From positions 1-42,821 of the IMG/VR virus record IMGVR_UViG_3300032257_000254: a stretch of DNA of 42,821 nt, one strand, 5' to 3'. The translations under genes were made by a program, and so were the position numbers. This document shows positions 1 through 10,630 of this stretch, in pieces; the first letter of the stretch is position 1; every line of letters starts with the position of its first letter. The notes beneath the pieces are model-generated. The model was not told the origin of the DNA. It searched no databases and worked only from the letters and a program-made list of their open reading frames with translations. Origin of the DNA: a virus. Lineage: Duplodnaviria > Caudoviricetes.

Positions 1-127
1 CTTTGCGCAGCTAAGCCCTCCAATACAGCCCGCCCGCCATCTTTGATATTGCCACCCGAAGCTAAAGTCCCTAGAGTCCTAGCCACAGTCTGAGTAGTAA
101 AGTCATAAGCATCCTTGGTAGCATTTA
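1..127. repeat. Terminal direct repeat (copy at 42695-42821); assembly overlap indicating a circular/complete genome
   Basis: 1-127 is identical to 42695-42821. 127 is a common assembler k-mer, and the repeat lies inside a CDS. Confidence 0.95.
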
Positions 128-3100
128 CTATAGGTGGCGCGAACTGGAACCCATCATCTTGCAGGGTTATAGGACTACGTAATTGTAGATCACCACGAGT
201 ATGTATAGCAGTTTGGAATAGAGTTGAAGGGAACCCGTAGAGTAAAAACTGGGCAGCACTCCTGCTCTGGTCATCATCATTGCCATAGGCATTATAGACT
301 GTCTGTCTTATATCCTGATGAGAGTTAGGATCACCTACATACTCTCCGATTATCTCATTCATTGCGTCATAACCGGGAAGCGACTCTATGCCAAACATAG
401 ATGCTTGACCACCCAGAAGTAATCCTAAAGCCTTCTTATCTCCACGCTCCACATATCTTGCCATGTTTTGAGCCATGGTTAACATGAATGTCTGATACAA
501 TCCTACAGTAGCACCCATCGCTCCTTGGAACATAGCAGGTCTTTGTCTAGCATTATAGTTACCCATAGTGCGTAGTGTGAAAGCATTAGCTAGTGATTCT
601 ATTACAGCCTCTGCATCATTAGGATGTTTAGCTTTAGCCATACGATAGCCTGTAGCATAAGCAATTTCACGTACCATAGTCTCAGCTTGGTCAGATGGTT
701 TAACCAAAGCCTTGAAAGTCTTAGAAGCTATAGAGGTATTATCCTTACGCTCTAGGTCAGCTAAGACTCCAGGAGTAGTATGTAAACTCTCCATTAACTC
801 TGTTACCTCAGCAGTAGCACGCCCTGTATATCCCAGCTCCTTAGCTCTAGCCATAAGAGCTACATCATCAGGATGCTTAGAAGTAGCCAGCTTCATTCCA
901 TCCATCATATGCTTAAGAGGGAAGGCTAAGCCTGTCTGACTAGTAAGTTCTGCCCCAACTATTACAGGGAGAGACAGCATAGTTACAGCAGCATGACTAA
1001 TCTCAAAGACTCGAAGGTTAAGAGCTACCAAAGCAGCAGAGGCTTTAGCTACAAAGTTCTGAGCATCTTGTTCTCTGATACCTTTACCCTTCCTTATCAT
1101 GTATTCACTAAAGTCTTTAAATGGTACAGGTATACCTTCAGCCTCTAGCCTAGCCATAGTAGCTATGAAGTCTTGCTCTGATTCTTTAGCCTTATTAAGT
1201 AGTCCAAAGGTTTTACGAGTTACAGAGATAGCATTATTTAATCCAATAGTATAGGCATTATTTAATTGAGCCAGAGCTGTACCTTCCTCTAACTTGGATA
1301 CATTAAGTAATGTCTTATATGCTAGAGATGCAGCACTAGAGGAGGCTGAAGCTTTAGATCCTGCGGAGTCAAAGCGTCTTTCGTGACCTATAGCTGTCTC
1401 TAGGGAATCAAATAGATCAGAGTTTGTAAGCTTAAATGTTGATCTAAAGTTCTTCCAAGTCTCCTGCTCCAGTACTTCCATAATAGAGTCAAGTCCTCTA
1501 GCATCAGCAGGAATCTCAGTAGAAGCAGAGCCACTCTTCGCCCTAGAGACATTAGCCCTAGATAATTGTTCAGTCTGTGCATAGCCATGTACCCGATTCC
1601 ACTGGTCTAAGTGGTCTTTATTAGTTATAACTTTAATGCCTGCATCCTGATTCCTGCCTGTAAAGCTAGCTACTTCCTCAGCTAAGTGGTCAGCATCTCT
1701 ACCTATAATCCTCTTTACATCTGCTGGATTCTTGGTATTGATTACATAAGCTATAAGGCTGTTATCAGTCTGTTGGTCAGGCAACCATATACCACGACCC
1801 TTGATAGGATCTTTACCTTGGAGTCTACGCTGAGTATTAAGATCAGCTAAGAACTCTGCCTGCAATCCACCTCTACCATCAGTACCTAGCCAGACATCAA
1901 AGAAGTCTACAGCTTCCCTAGGTAAATCTATAACATCACTAGTACCTGGGTAGGTTAAGAAGCCATCTTTAGTTTTAATATTGACAGCGCCATCTAGCCC
2001 ACGTACAAGAGCTAGCTCACTAGCAGCCTCAGAAGGAATAGCTTCTAGTGCATTACGCATCTGATAGAACTGAGTACGGGCTATTGGATTATCAGCTATA
2101 GATTTAAGCACAGGCTTGATCTGCTCACGTACAGCAGCAGTCCTATTACTTACTAGCCTATTAAGCTTCTGAGATAATGATACTACTATTTGTCCCGCAA
2201 GTCCTGTCTCTCTGAGTGCCTGATCAGAAGATACTAAAGTACCCTTAGTGATTGCACCATGCCTAGCTGTGAGTTCTGGGAGGGTAGCTACTAATTTAGC
2301 TGTCTCACCTGATAGAGTTGTATCATCAAAGAACTCTTTAAGATGGTTAGTAGCATAGGCTCCCATAGTCTCTTCTTGCATAACCCTATTAGCATCCTTT
2401 AACTGATCTAAGTCGAGTAGAGAAGTTTGAGCCATCTCCTCCCTTCTAGCATAAGTCAAAGAGTTACCTTGGATATCAATCATAGTAGGCTTTAAGTATG
2501 AGTCAATAGCTTTAGCTTCTGTATAGACTTGGTAATCTGCATCCTTAACTCTCTTGAAGCCATTCTCTATAGTAGCAGATACAGTCTCAAGGGGTACATT
2601 ATTAGCTTTAGCTGCTTGCTCAGGACTGAAGCCTGCTTTAATCTGTTTCTGAATCTCAGCAATCTTAAGCCCCGCTAGAGTAGCCTCAGCATCCTTAAGT
2701 ACTATACCGTCCAACTTAATAGGCACAGGAGTTATACCTTCTGCCAAGGATCTGTTAGCTGAAATAGCGGCTTGAAGTCGGGGTACATCCCCAGCTTTAA
2801 TTGTATACTCAGTAGGTAAGTCTTTACCCAGACTCTTTAATTTATCAAAGGCTAATAGTGAATCAAGGAACTCAGCCTCTTGGTTATAGATAGAAGCATT
2901 AAGCGGATCATACTTAACTTCACCTGTAGTAGAATATCCCCTAGAAGGTTTCCACTTATCCTTAGTATCAGCTACACCTTGAATAACTTTAGCCTGCATT
3001 GAATCAATGATCTTAGGAGTACCAAAGATATTAGTGATCACAGCTTTAAGACTATGCTCACCTTGAAGCTCTTTAAACTCCCTTGGATGTACAGCACGAT

Positions 3101-4496
3101 CTCTGAATCTAGCATTAGAGCCTTGAGCAAAGCCTTCAGCTACAGCTTCAGACCCCTCTAGTTGTCTACGAAACTTAGGAGACCAGAAGGTGCCATCAGC
3201 AAACTTAATCTGCACAGGTTTCTCAGTCTTATCTATAAGCTTGAGTAGTGCCCCCAGCTCTTCTGAGTTCTTGCCTAAGGAGTTCTTACTAGTCAGTATA
3301 ACTGAGGCTATACCATCTTCTATAGTAACATCCAATAGATCTTCAGCAGCTTCTTTGCCTGAGCCATAGAAAGTTCTAAGCTCTCTAGCTAAGCTCTCTC
3401 CAGTTTCAGAGAATAGCTCCTTATTATCTTTAGATATTTTAGGTACATGAGATACTATGAGGGAAGATTCCTCAGTAAAGGTATCTAACTTCTTATAGCC
3501 ATTAAGTGCATTAGGGTCAGACTTAAGTATCTGCAATACAGACTCTAAAGGATTAGCTTCAAAGGTTTCTCTAGTAGAATTTATAAGGTCAGTAGTAGTA
3601 CGCTCTGACAGTAACTCGAAAGTATCCTTAAGCTCCTTAGAAGAAGTCTTTAAAATAGAATCCAGCATTAAGTCTTTAGTAGCTACAATGTTTTCTTGTA
3701 TTCTATTAGATGTAGCAGGAACTATGCCAGGAATTTTTAAGGCTTCCTCTTGCACCTCTAAGAGATTCTTATATGTAGCAAGCTTCTGGCCAGGAGTGTC
3801 ACCCGCAGCTATGAAAGCTCTAGGATCTGTAGGGAGTACCTGAGCATTGATAGCCATCTCAGTCTCTTTAACTCCTAGGATCAATTCCCTTCTGCGGACT
3901 AAGTAGTTAAGTGGGGATAGTACTCCACCTAGAGCTACACCTAATGCTACATCAGAGGCATCATAATCTTCCATATAGGAATGGCCATTATATAGGCCTA
4001 AGATAGCAGCCTCATAGACTATGCCTTCAACTACACCCTCACCCAGAGATGCTAATCTAGTAGAACTAATAGCCTGACGATAGGCTTCAGTATGCCCCTT
4101 ATCTGCCTTGATAGCATCTTGTGCAGCCTTCTTAGAATTAGTAATCTTCTGATCTAGCTTGTGCAGAGGTTTCCCGAAGATTCCAGCCTTACCAGTCCTA
4201 GCATATCTAATAGCTTTAGCTGCTATAGTTCCGGGCACGAATAAGCCACCTACGAATGAGGTAAGCTCAACTCCATCTCTGTGCTGCTGATAGAACTCAG
4301 CTGCTCCATCTGCACCAAAGGACTCTAAGACATCACTAGTCTCATACTCATTGTCCTCAGGTAAGAAGCTATTAGCTAGAGATACCCCTATATCAGCAAG
4401 CACAGCAATAGGAGCCTGATAGAGATCATCAAACTCAAAGTCTGCCTGCTCTGCCTCAAAGGCATAAGATTGTGATAAATCTATCTTAGCTGCCAT
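1..4496 (-). CDS. Large internal virion/ejection protein, N-terminal part (whole gene 4496->1, continuing 42694->42268; ~1640 aa)
   Basis: ATG at 4496 (MAAKIDLSQSYAF...). Manual translation found no stop down to position 1, and the frame matches ORF 42268..42780 across the overlap. It is the last gene of the structural operon and has Gly/Ala-rich hydrophobic stretches near the N-terminus. Confidence 0.85.
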   Translation of the reverse strand, partial: MAAKIDLSQSYAFEAEQADFEFDDLYQAPIAVLADIGVSLANSFLPEDNEYETSDVLESFGADGAAEFYQQHRDGVELTSFVGGLFVPGTIAAKAIRYARTGKAGIFGKPLHKLDQKITNSKKAAQDAIKADKGHTEAYRQAISSTRLASLGEGVVEGIVYEAAILGLYNGHSYMEDYDASDVALGVALGGVLSPLNYLVRRRELILGVKETEMAINAQVLPTDPRAFIAAGDTPGQKLATYKNLLEVQEEALKIPGIVPATSNRIQENIVATKDLMLDSILKTSSKELKDTFELLSERTTTDLINSTRETFEANPLESVLQILKSDPNALNGYKKLDTFTEESSLIVSHVPKISKDNKELFSETGESLARELRTFYGSGKEAAEDLLDVTIEDGIASVILTSKNSLGKNSEELGALLKLIDKTEKPVQIKFADGTFWSPKFRRQLEGSEAVAEGFAQGSNARFRDRAVHPREFKELQGEHSLKAVITNIFGTPKIIDSMQAKVIQGVADTKDKWKPSRGYSTTGEVKYDPLNASIYNQEAEFLDSLLAFDKLKSLGKDLPTEYTIKAGDVPRLQAAISANRSLAEGITPVPIKLDGIVLKDAEATLAGLKIAEIQKQIKAGFSPEQAAKANNVPLETVSATIENGFKRVKDADYQVYTEAKAIDSYLKPTMIDIQGNSLTYARREEMAQTSLLDLDQLKDANRVMQEETMGAYATNHLKEFFDDTTLSGETAKLVATLPELTARHGAITKGTLVSSDQALRETGLAGQIVVSLSQKLNRLVSNRTAAVREQIKPVLKSIADNPIARTQFYQMRNALEAIPSEAASELALVRGLDGAVNIKTKDGFLTYPGTSDVIDLPREAVDFFDVWLGTDGRGGLQAEFLADLNTQRRLQGKDPIKGRGIWLPDQQTDNSLIAYVINTKNPADVKRIIGRDADHLAEEVASFTGRNQDAGIKVITNKDHLDQWNRVHGYAQTEQLSRANVSRAKSGSASTEIPADARGLDSIMEVLEQETWKNFRSTFKLTNSDLFDSLETAIGHERRFDSAGSKASASSSAASLAYKTLLNVSKLEEGTALAQLNNAYTIGLNNAISVTRKTFGLLNKAKESEQDFIATMARLEAEGIPVPFKDFSEYMIRKGKGIREQDAQNFVAKASAALVALNLRVFEISHAAVTMLSLPVIVGAELTSQTGLAFPLKHMMDGMKLATSKHPDDVALMARAKELGYTGRATAEVTELMESLHTTPGVLADLERKDNTSIASKTFKALVKPSDQAETMVREIAYATGYRMAKAKHPNDAEAVIESLANAFTLRTMGNYNARQRPAMFQGAMGATVGLYQTFMLTMAQNMARYVERGDKKALGLLLGGQASMFGIESLPGYDAMNEIIGEYVGDPNSHQDIRQTVYNAYGNDDDQSRSAAQFLLYGFPSTLFQTAIHTRGDLQLRSPITLQDDGFQFAPPIVNATKDAYDFTTQTVARTLGTLASGGNIKDGGRAVLEGLAAQ

Positions 4497-4498
4497 TC

Positions 4499-6034
4499 TT
4501 AGAATCTCCCCATTAACATTTCAGGTATAGATAGAGACAGAGACTTCTTAAGATAGTCAGGAGTTATTGCTATACCAGTTCCTGCATACCTCTTATTAAA
4601 CTCTGGAATAAACTCAGGGAGTATCGTAAGTATCTTATCCAGTACTGGGTTAGCAAACTCTCTAGCTGCTAGCTTACGCCCTATACTATCTGATTGATCA
4701 AATATACCAGCCTCAGAGGTCTGTCTTGCTGTAGCAGCTAGAGAAGTCGCAGCCTCTTTAATAGCCTTTACAACATTAGTCTGATCAGACTTCTTAGCTA
4801 GTTCTGCTACAAGCCTTAAGTCTCTATCCTCAGACTCAGTCAGCTTGTCTAGTAGTACTGAGCCTGCACGTTTCTGACCTAATTGAGTAAATCCAATCTC
4901 CATATTAGCTCTGGTTTCAGCAGCTAAAGCATTATCTCTAGCAGCATTAGATGGATAAGCCTCCTTACTGACAGCCTTTAAAGCTTGACGTTCAGAGTTA
5001 ATAGCAATACTGTTAAAGCTATCCTCTAAGTCGGACTTCTCTGTTGAGTCTAAATTATCTGCATTACGTAATAATACACTTCCAGCTTCGGGTAACCCAT
5101 CAGCAAAGTACATAGATGCACTCTTATCAATATTAGCAGCCTTATCCCTGCCTAGCTGTATTAGTGCTTTATCTCTAGGAGCCTTACTCTTAGGATTAAC
5201 TTTCTCTCCAAGCTTAGCAAGCTCATTAGCTTCATTTGATCCAAGTCCCTGAGATATTCCAGCTTCTTGTATACTAAGCTGCTTTCTCAGTTCTAACTCA
5301 TTAGCTACACGCCTGCGTTCAAGTTCTATTTTCTGCTTCTCTAACTCAGTATAAGCAGCGGCATTCTTGACCTTAAATTCCCTATCAAACTTCTTATCGA
5401 AGGCTGCTCTAGCTGCTGCTATCTTCTTAGTTTGAGCTTCATCATCCACATTTAAAGCAGTAGCATAACCTTGAGCCTCTTCAGCAACACGTAAAGAATG
5501 CGGAGTAGCCTCTACCCTAGCTGACTCTTTCTGAGCTTCTAACTTAGCTGCATAGTCTACATTATAGAGTTGGTATTCATTATAATTAGTAGTAGCGTCA
5601 TTAGTAGATTTTGAAGGCTTAAAGGTAGGCAAAGGTTCAGGCGCAACTATACCCTCATCACCAAAAGGTTGAGCTAAGGCTTCTTGATCCTCAGGGGACA
5701 CATAGACATCTCCCTCGCCTAGAGTTCCTGGCTGATCTGTAAAGTTAGTCTGCTGTCCATCATAGCGATTCTGTCCCACATCTTGAGCTATACGGGATCT
5801 AACAGATTCATAGTCCTCTGGTATATCTTCAGTAGCTACAGGTATACGTAACCTAATAGCATCCTCTAGCTGGTCAGGAGCTTCCAGCAATCTAAGTAAT
5901 TGAGCCTCATAAAGCTCAGGAGTATATTCTTCTCCACCCTGTGATTGCGCTAACTCCCTAGTTCTTAAGGCTGGGGCAGTAAAAGGATCTTCTGATTGGA
6001 TGCCAAAACCTATAAGTTCTTCAAGGGTAGTCAT
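4499..6034 (-). CDS. Putative internal virion/ejection protein (511 aa)
   Basis: Helical, Ala/Glu/Lys-rich. Lies between the tail nozzle and the giant last gene, as podovirus ejection genes do. Confidence 0.6.
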   Translation of the reverse strand: MTTLEELIGFGIQSEDPFTAPALRTRELAQSQGGEEYTPELYEAQLLRLLEAPDQLEDAIRLRIPVATEDIPEDYESVRSRIAQDVGQNRYDGQQTNFTDQPGTLGEGDVYVSPEDQEALAQPFGDEGIVAPEPLPTFKPSKSTNDATTNYNEYQLYNVDYAAKLEAQKESARVEATPHSLRVAEEAQGYATALNVDDEAQTKKIAAARAAFDKKFDREFKVKNAAAYTELEKQKIELERRRVANELELRKQLSIQEAGISQGLGSNEANELAKLGEKVNPKSKAPRDKALIQLGRDKAANIDKSASMYFADGLPEAGSVLLRNADNLDSTEKSDLEDSFNSIAINSERQALKAVSKEAYPSNAARDNALAAETRANMEIGFTQLGQKRAGSVLLDKLTESEDRDLRLVAELAKKSDQTNVVKAIKEAATSLAATARQTSEAGIFDQSDSIGRKLAAREFANPVLDKILTILPEFIPEFNKRYAGTGIAITPDYLKKSLSLSIPEMLMGRF

Positions 6035-6035
6035 A

Positions 6036-6941
6036 TTAACCTCCGCCTAGTAATCTATTTATTTCTGCCTTCGCCTCTCTATCAGCAAAGTATCTGGCTG
6101 ATACAGATGGATTGAGGCCACCGCCTCTGTTTGAGAGGTATTGACGATACTGATTCTGGTAAATGCCTCCAGGTATCATAGCATCTAGAGCAGCTACAGA
6201 TACAGACCTCTCTGCTGCACTCTGTTGATTTCCTCTATTTACTCCGGAAGCTCCACCACCTGAGCCAGAACCACCACCTCCGTTAGCATCTCTGTTAGTA
6301 GTAACTGTACCAGTGTTCCTAGTAAGCTGATCTATAATGTCAGTAACAACACTAGAAGTATCTGTCTTTTCAAAACTACCTTTACCTACATTAAGGGTCT
6401 CAAGTAGTAGTTGCTCTAGCTCATTACCACCTTGAGTCGCAGTCTGTAACTGGGAATCTACTGCTCTCTGCTGAGTAGCAAAGTCTATAATAGCTTTACG
6501 CAGCTCTCTAGATTGTGCTTCACCTGTACGAGTAGCTGCATCCTGAGATAATAGGGCTGTAAGAGCATTACTACTAGCTCCTCCTGCTTCTGCTGCACCT
6601 GTAAACTGGGGAATGATATTCTCTATCAGGTTCCTTGTAAGTCCCTGAACATCCCCCTGAGCTTGAGTACGTGCAGCTTCCTCAGAGAACTGGCCTCTAC
6701 TAGCTTGCAAGTCTTTTACTTGCTGATCTCTAGCACCCTGCCTTAGCTGGAAGGAATCTGAGCCACCACCCCGTATAGTAGATAGTAAAGCATTATAGGC
6801 TGATCTAGATGCAGGATCAAGTCTGTCTGTAGTAACTGAACCCTCAGTACGTCTAGTATTAGTACCAGTAGTACGTGCAGAGGTATCAGTGTTAACTGTT
6901 TGAGTATAGGAACCATCGTCCCCTAGGAGTGTAAGAGCCAT
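6036..6941 (-). CDS. Putative DNA-transfer/ejection protein (301 aa)
   Basis: Thr/Gly/Gln/Ala-rich with a glycine linker (GGGGSGSGGG); position in the ejection cluster. Confidence 0.55.
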   Translation of the reverse strand: MALTLLGDDGSYTQTVNTDTSARTTGTNTRRTEGSVTTDRLDPASRSAYNALLSTIRGGGSDSFQLRQGARDQQVKDLQASRGQFSEEAARTQAQGDVQGLTRNLIENIIPQFTGAAEAGGASSNALTALLSQDAATRTGEAQSRELRKAIIDFATQQRAVDSQLQTATQGGNELEQLLLETLNVGKGSFEKTDTSSVVTDIIDQLTRNTGTVTTNRDANGGGGSGSGGGASGVNRGNQQSAAERSVSVAALDAMIPGGIYQNQYRQYLSNRGGGLNPSVSARYFADREAKAEINRLLGGG

Positions 6942-7249
6942 TATTCATTCCTCAATTTAGCGGCCTGTAGAAAAGCCTTAAGTAGTGGATTAGCAGAGTT
7001 AGCGGCAAGTAATACTTTGGCTGCATTAGCTTCATACCCTGTAGTAAATCTGCTTACTGGATTATTCTGAGCTATAGCTTCCTCTAGAGCAGACTTCTTT
7101 ATCGCATACTCCTGCTCTTTCTTTTCTTTAGCTTCTCTTTGAGCCATAGCATTAAATCTATTAAATATATCCTCTTGCTCGCCCCTAGGTATAACAGAAG
7201 CTGCTAACTCTCTGACAAGCTTATCATGTGGACTGCTACCTGTTGGCAT
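6941..7249 (-). CDS. Small virion-associated hypothetical protein (102 aa)
   Basis: Overlaps both neighbours in the structural operon. Confidence 0.6.
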   Translation of the reverse strand: MPTGSSPHDKLVRELAASVIPRGEQEDIFNRFNAMAQREAKEKKEQEYAIKKSALEEAIAQNNPVSRFTTGYEANAAKVLLAANSANPLLKAFLQAAKLRNE

Positions 7250-10217
7250 GTTTATACCCCTCTAACTCTAGATATGTAAGATTGAATTTACCTTTGAGTA
7301 CAATATTAAACCATTTTGCAACGGATGTCAAATAGAAATCCTCTTCTGGAGTAGTTATGGTAGCAGAGTCTACATCTAAAGAGAAGTCTATAGTCCTACC
7401 ATCCATACTCAGTTCTGCTGTAGCTATGCAATCAGGATAATCCTTAAAACCTATTATAGCCTTATTAAGCATTGTTACTCCAGACTTACTTAGCTGGAAT
7501 TTACCTATAGCTAAGAATGAATCTGTAGGATCATTGGTCATAAGCTTAACTGTACCGTCAGGTAAGAAAGCTCCTATACCTTTCCAGTCTGTACCATGAG
7601 CATCTGCCCCTAATACATAGTCTGCTTCAGGCTTATGTGCAGATTGATTAATAGGACTAAGAGAGAAGAAAGCTTTAAAGTCTAGCTCTGCTTGTCCCCA
7701 CTTTCCTAAGTAAGAGTCAAAGACAAATGCCTGTTTAAACTCTGGATATAGGGACTCTGTCCAAGAGACCGGATCAAAGAAGGCATCAGCAGTACTTATA
7801 GCTAAAGCAGATCCTGTACCTACAGCCTGAGTATCCGTATTATTGCTTCTAGCTCTATGAGTATTAAGTCTAGGTAACTCATCCTGTAAGGATATAACTA
7901 GATAGCGGTTAGATATAAAGGATAGCTTAACAGGTAGCTGGAATCTAGTGATCCAATTGGTTAACTCCTTAGCCGCAAACTTACCTTCGGATGCTTCATT
8001 ATCCATAGCTATTAAACCATTACTAGACCAGTGGAATGTAATATCTCCAGTATTAGCAATATGTCTTGGGTCTACACAGCCATAGCTAGAGGCTTCTTTA
8101 TACTTGAATACGAATTGGCCTCCTACATATGTAGACTTAATTACGTTACCTGTAGCATAGATAAAAAAGCCGTCTGCTGTAGGCATAGCTTTAACTATCT
8201 GACCTCTCAAAGAATCTACTACTAAGACATTAGCTTGAGTCTCAATAGCAGGAAGGAAGTCTACTACATTAGCATTAGAACTTATATACACAGAATTAAG
8301 GTAATCCCAAGCCATAAGTCTACCACGGGCTGCACATATACCTTCTACATTAGCTAGCTTGATAGTACCACTACTGCTTGCAGTAATAGTATTAACTTCA
8401 GTTCCGTCATTAGCTATAGCTAGTGATGGGTCTACTGCATCTATAGAAGTTACAGAGACTGTTATATCTCCATTGAAGTCCGAGTAAGCAGACTGAGTAG
8501 AGCCTCCAGTAGATAGAGGATCCATTACTAGTACTTGTGCCTTAACCAAATCCATCATGGCATCTGAGGTTGAGCCATAAGGTATAGTATCCTCATAACT
8601 AGTATTAAGAGCAAAGTGACTAAGCCCTGGATACTTATACCCTGTAAAGGTTAGAGTATTAGCATTCTCCAAAGAGTTGTAAGTAGGAGTATTATAGTCA
8701 TAGAACATCCCGCCATTGCCAAAGTTAGCTTCATATATAGATAGCATAGGAGTAGACATAAGTATTGGATCATATAGATCCGTCTTAGCTATATCCAGCC
8801 TTCCAGAGCCTGAATCTGTAGCGGTATAAGTAGAAGAGGCAGCATTGATTAGTCCCTCTAATGCCGTTATTACATCCTCCTTAGTATCCCCTAGCAAGGT
8901 AGTATAGCTTACATCAAAATCGTAAGTAGCTAGTCTGATAGAATTGCCTGTAGCAGGATCTGTATATAGCCTAAGTCTGGAATCATAGCTAATTACGGGA
9001 TCAGTAGGAATATTACTTCTTGTACCGCTATTCTCCTCAAAGATCCCTCCAGTATCAGAAATTTTAGTATAAGCATCAACTCCATCTACATAAGGAAAGT
9101 AAATGTTCATTATGGTTCTATCTTTATAACTAGCACTATCTATATACTCATATAGTATGCTAGAAGGTAATGTATTTAAAAAGGCATTCCAGGCTGCTTG
9201 CTCTACATCAACCGTATCAGTCCCTACTGTATGGGAGTAAGTAACTCCATCATAGATAAATTCCCAGTAGCCAGCTTGATAGAATTCTATATACTGCTCT
9301 ATATAACTATAAGTGGTATCCCCAACCCCTGTAGCTGTGCCCTCTCTTGGAACATTACCTAGAACGGTACTTAAAGTTAGATGGCTAGCATCTGTACCAT
9401 TATGCGTAAGTGTAGGGTCTACATTAGCAATAAGCGTATATATCTCAGGAGTAATATTAACAGTCTCTGTGCCTGCTACAACTGAGGAGCCAAAGCCTGC
9501 ATCCAATGCTATAACCCTAGCAAGACGAGTACCTATATTATATATATCTTCATGGAAGGTACTAGTGGCTCTATACTTAGCCCCGAAAATTGTCACCTCA
9601 TGGTACGTACTATTCCCTAGTTCTCTATTAAGGTCTATAGTATACTTATAGATTTCAGCAGTAGAGATAATAAAGGTAGGAGATAACTTATTTATAATTA
9701 CAGTTCCACGGACATCCCCTGTTACCTCTGCAATATAGTCCATACCCTTCTGATATAGATATAAGGAGTTTTTAATAATAGCATAAGTCCATAATCTCCA
9801 AGGAGATGGAGAGTCATAAGGACTGAAGAATATCTTAGTCCACTCGCAGCCAGAGTCATTTACAAAGTCTACTGTAATAGTAGCTGTAATCTCTGTAACT
9901 GTAGGAGCACCATCAGCCTCTAGGGATTTTATATAGCAACCATCCTCAGCTAGAGCTAAGAAGAATATATTACCCCCGATAGTTCTATAAGTAAGTACCT
10001 CCTGTAGGTTAACAAAGCCCGGATCAGTTGTACCTATTTTAGACCCTTCCCCAAAGAAAGACTGCATACCTCCATTAGTAGGCATAACATTCTTACCATC
10101 GTAAGGGAAGACTCTAGGTACGCCTCTATTATCTGACTGGAATACATTAGGCATATCCTCAGGATCAGTTATAATTAAGCCCTGCTCTAGTTCTGCATTT
10201 ACAGTAGTATTAGCCAT
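7236..10217 (-). CDS. Tail nozzle/head-stabilisation protein (P22 gp10-like position) with large central insertion (993 aa)
   Basis: Beta-rich N- and C-terminal parts (NVMPTNGG...; ...WFNIVLKGKFNLTYLELEG). Sits directly upstream of the ejection genes. Confidence 0.6.
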   Translation of the reverse strand: MANTTVNAELEQGLIITDPEDMPNVFQSDNRGVPRVFPYDGKNVMPTNGGMQSFFGEGSKIGTTDPGFVNLQEVLTYRTIGGNIFFLALAEDGCYIKSLEADGAPTVTEITATITVDFVNDSGCEWTKIFFSPYDSPSPWRLWTYAIIKNSLYLYQKGMDYIAEVTGDVRGTVIINKLSPTFIISTAEIYKYTIDLNRELGNSTYHEVTIFGAKYRATSTFHEDIYNIGTRLARVIALDAGFGSSVVAGTETVNITPEIYTLIANVDPTLTHNGTDASHLTLSTVLGNVPREGTATGVGDTTYSYIEQYIEFYQAGYWEFIYDGVTYSHTVGTDTVDVEQAAWNAFLNTLPSSILYEYIDSASYKDRTIMNIYFPYVDGVDAYTKISDTGGIFEENSGTRSNIPTDPVISYDSRLRLYTDPATGNSIRLATYDFDVSYTTLLGDTKEDVITALEGLINAASSTYTATDSGSGRLDIAKTDLYDPILMSTPMLSIYEANFGNGGMFYDYNTPTYNSLENANTLTFTGYKYPGLSHFALNTSYEDTIPYGSTSDAMMDLVKAQVLVMDPLSTGGSTQSAYSDFNGDITVSVTSIDAVDPSLAIANDGTEVNTITASSSGTIKLANVEGICAARGRLMAWDYLNSVYISSNANVVDFLPAIETQANVLVVDSLRGQIVKAMPTADGFFIYATGNVIKSTYVGGQFVFKYKEASSYGCVDPRHIANTGDITFHWSSNGLIAMDNEASEGKFAAKELTNWITRFQLPVKLSFISNRYLVISLQDELPRLNTHRARSNNTDTQAVGTGSALAISTADAFFDPVSWTESLYPEFKQAFVFDSYLGKWGQAELDFKAFFSLSPINQSAHKPEADYVLGADAHGTDWKGIGAFLPDGTVKLMTNDPTDSFLAIGKFQLSKSGVTMLNKAIIGFKDYPDCIATAELSMDGRTIDFSLDVDSATITTPEEDFYLTSVAKWFNIVLKGKFNLTYLELEGYKHANR

Positions 10218-10630
10218 TATTGCCCCAGCTCTAAGAAGTTAGTTAATGTTAGTGCATCCCACTTAGTTATCCTAGTTATTACTAGATTAGCAGCAGTGCC
10301 TGTTAGGCATATAGCACTTAAGTATTGCTCTTCTGAGAATATAGTATACTCAGTTTCTGGTGCTAGTATCATAAGATCATCATAATCTATGTCATTACCT
10401 ACAGCTGTAATAGGAGTAGCTCCTAGCTTTAAAGCTATATGCTCACTAGACATATTATAAGCTACAATTATACCTTTGGTTGCTGTAGGAAAGATATCTG
10501 CTGCTGCACCCATAGCTGCGTTAGTAACCGTAAGTATCCTAGTCATCTCTGGCTTAATTACATCCAGAGGAATCGGTACTCCATTAGCAGAAGCTAAGGC
10601 ATATACCGTTTTAAAGTCTGATGCAGCCAT
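10217..10630 (-). CDS. Putative tail/structural protein (137 aa)
   Basis: Beta-rich; coupled to neighbours by TAATG overlaps. Confidence 0.5.
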   Translation of the reverse strand: MAASDFKTVYALASANGVPIPLDVIKPEMTRILTVTNAAMGAAADIFPTATKGIIVAYNMSSEHIALKLGATPITAVGNDIDYDDLMILAPETEYTIFSEEQYLSAICLTGTAANLVITRITKWDALTLTNFLELGQ

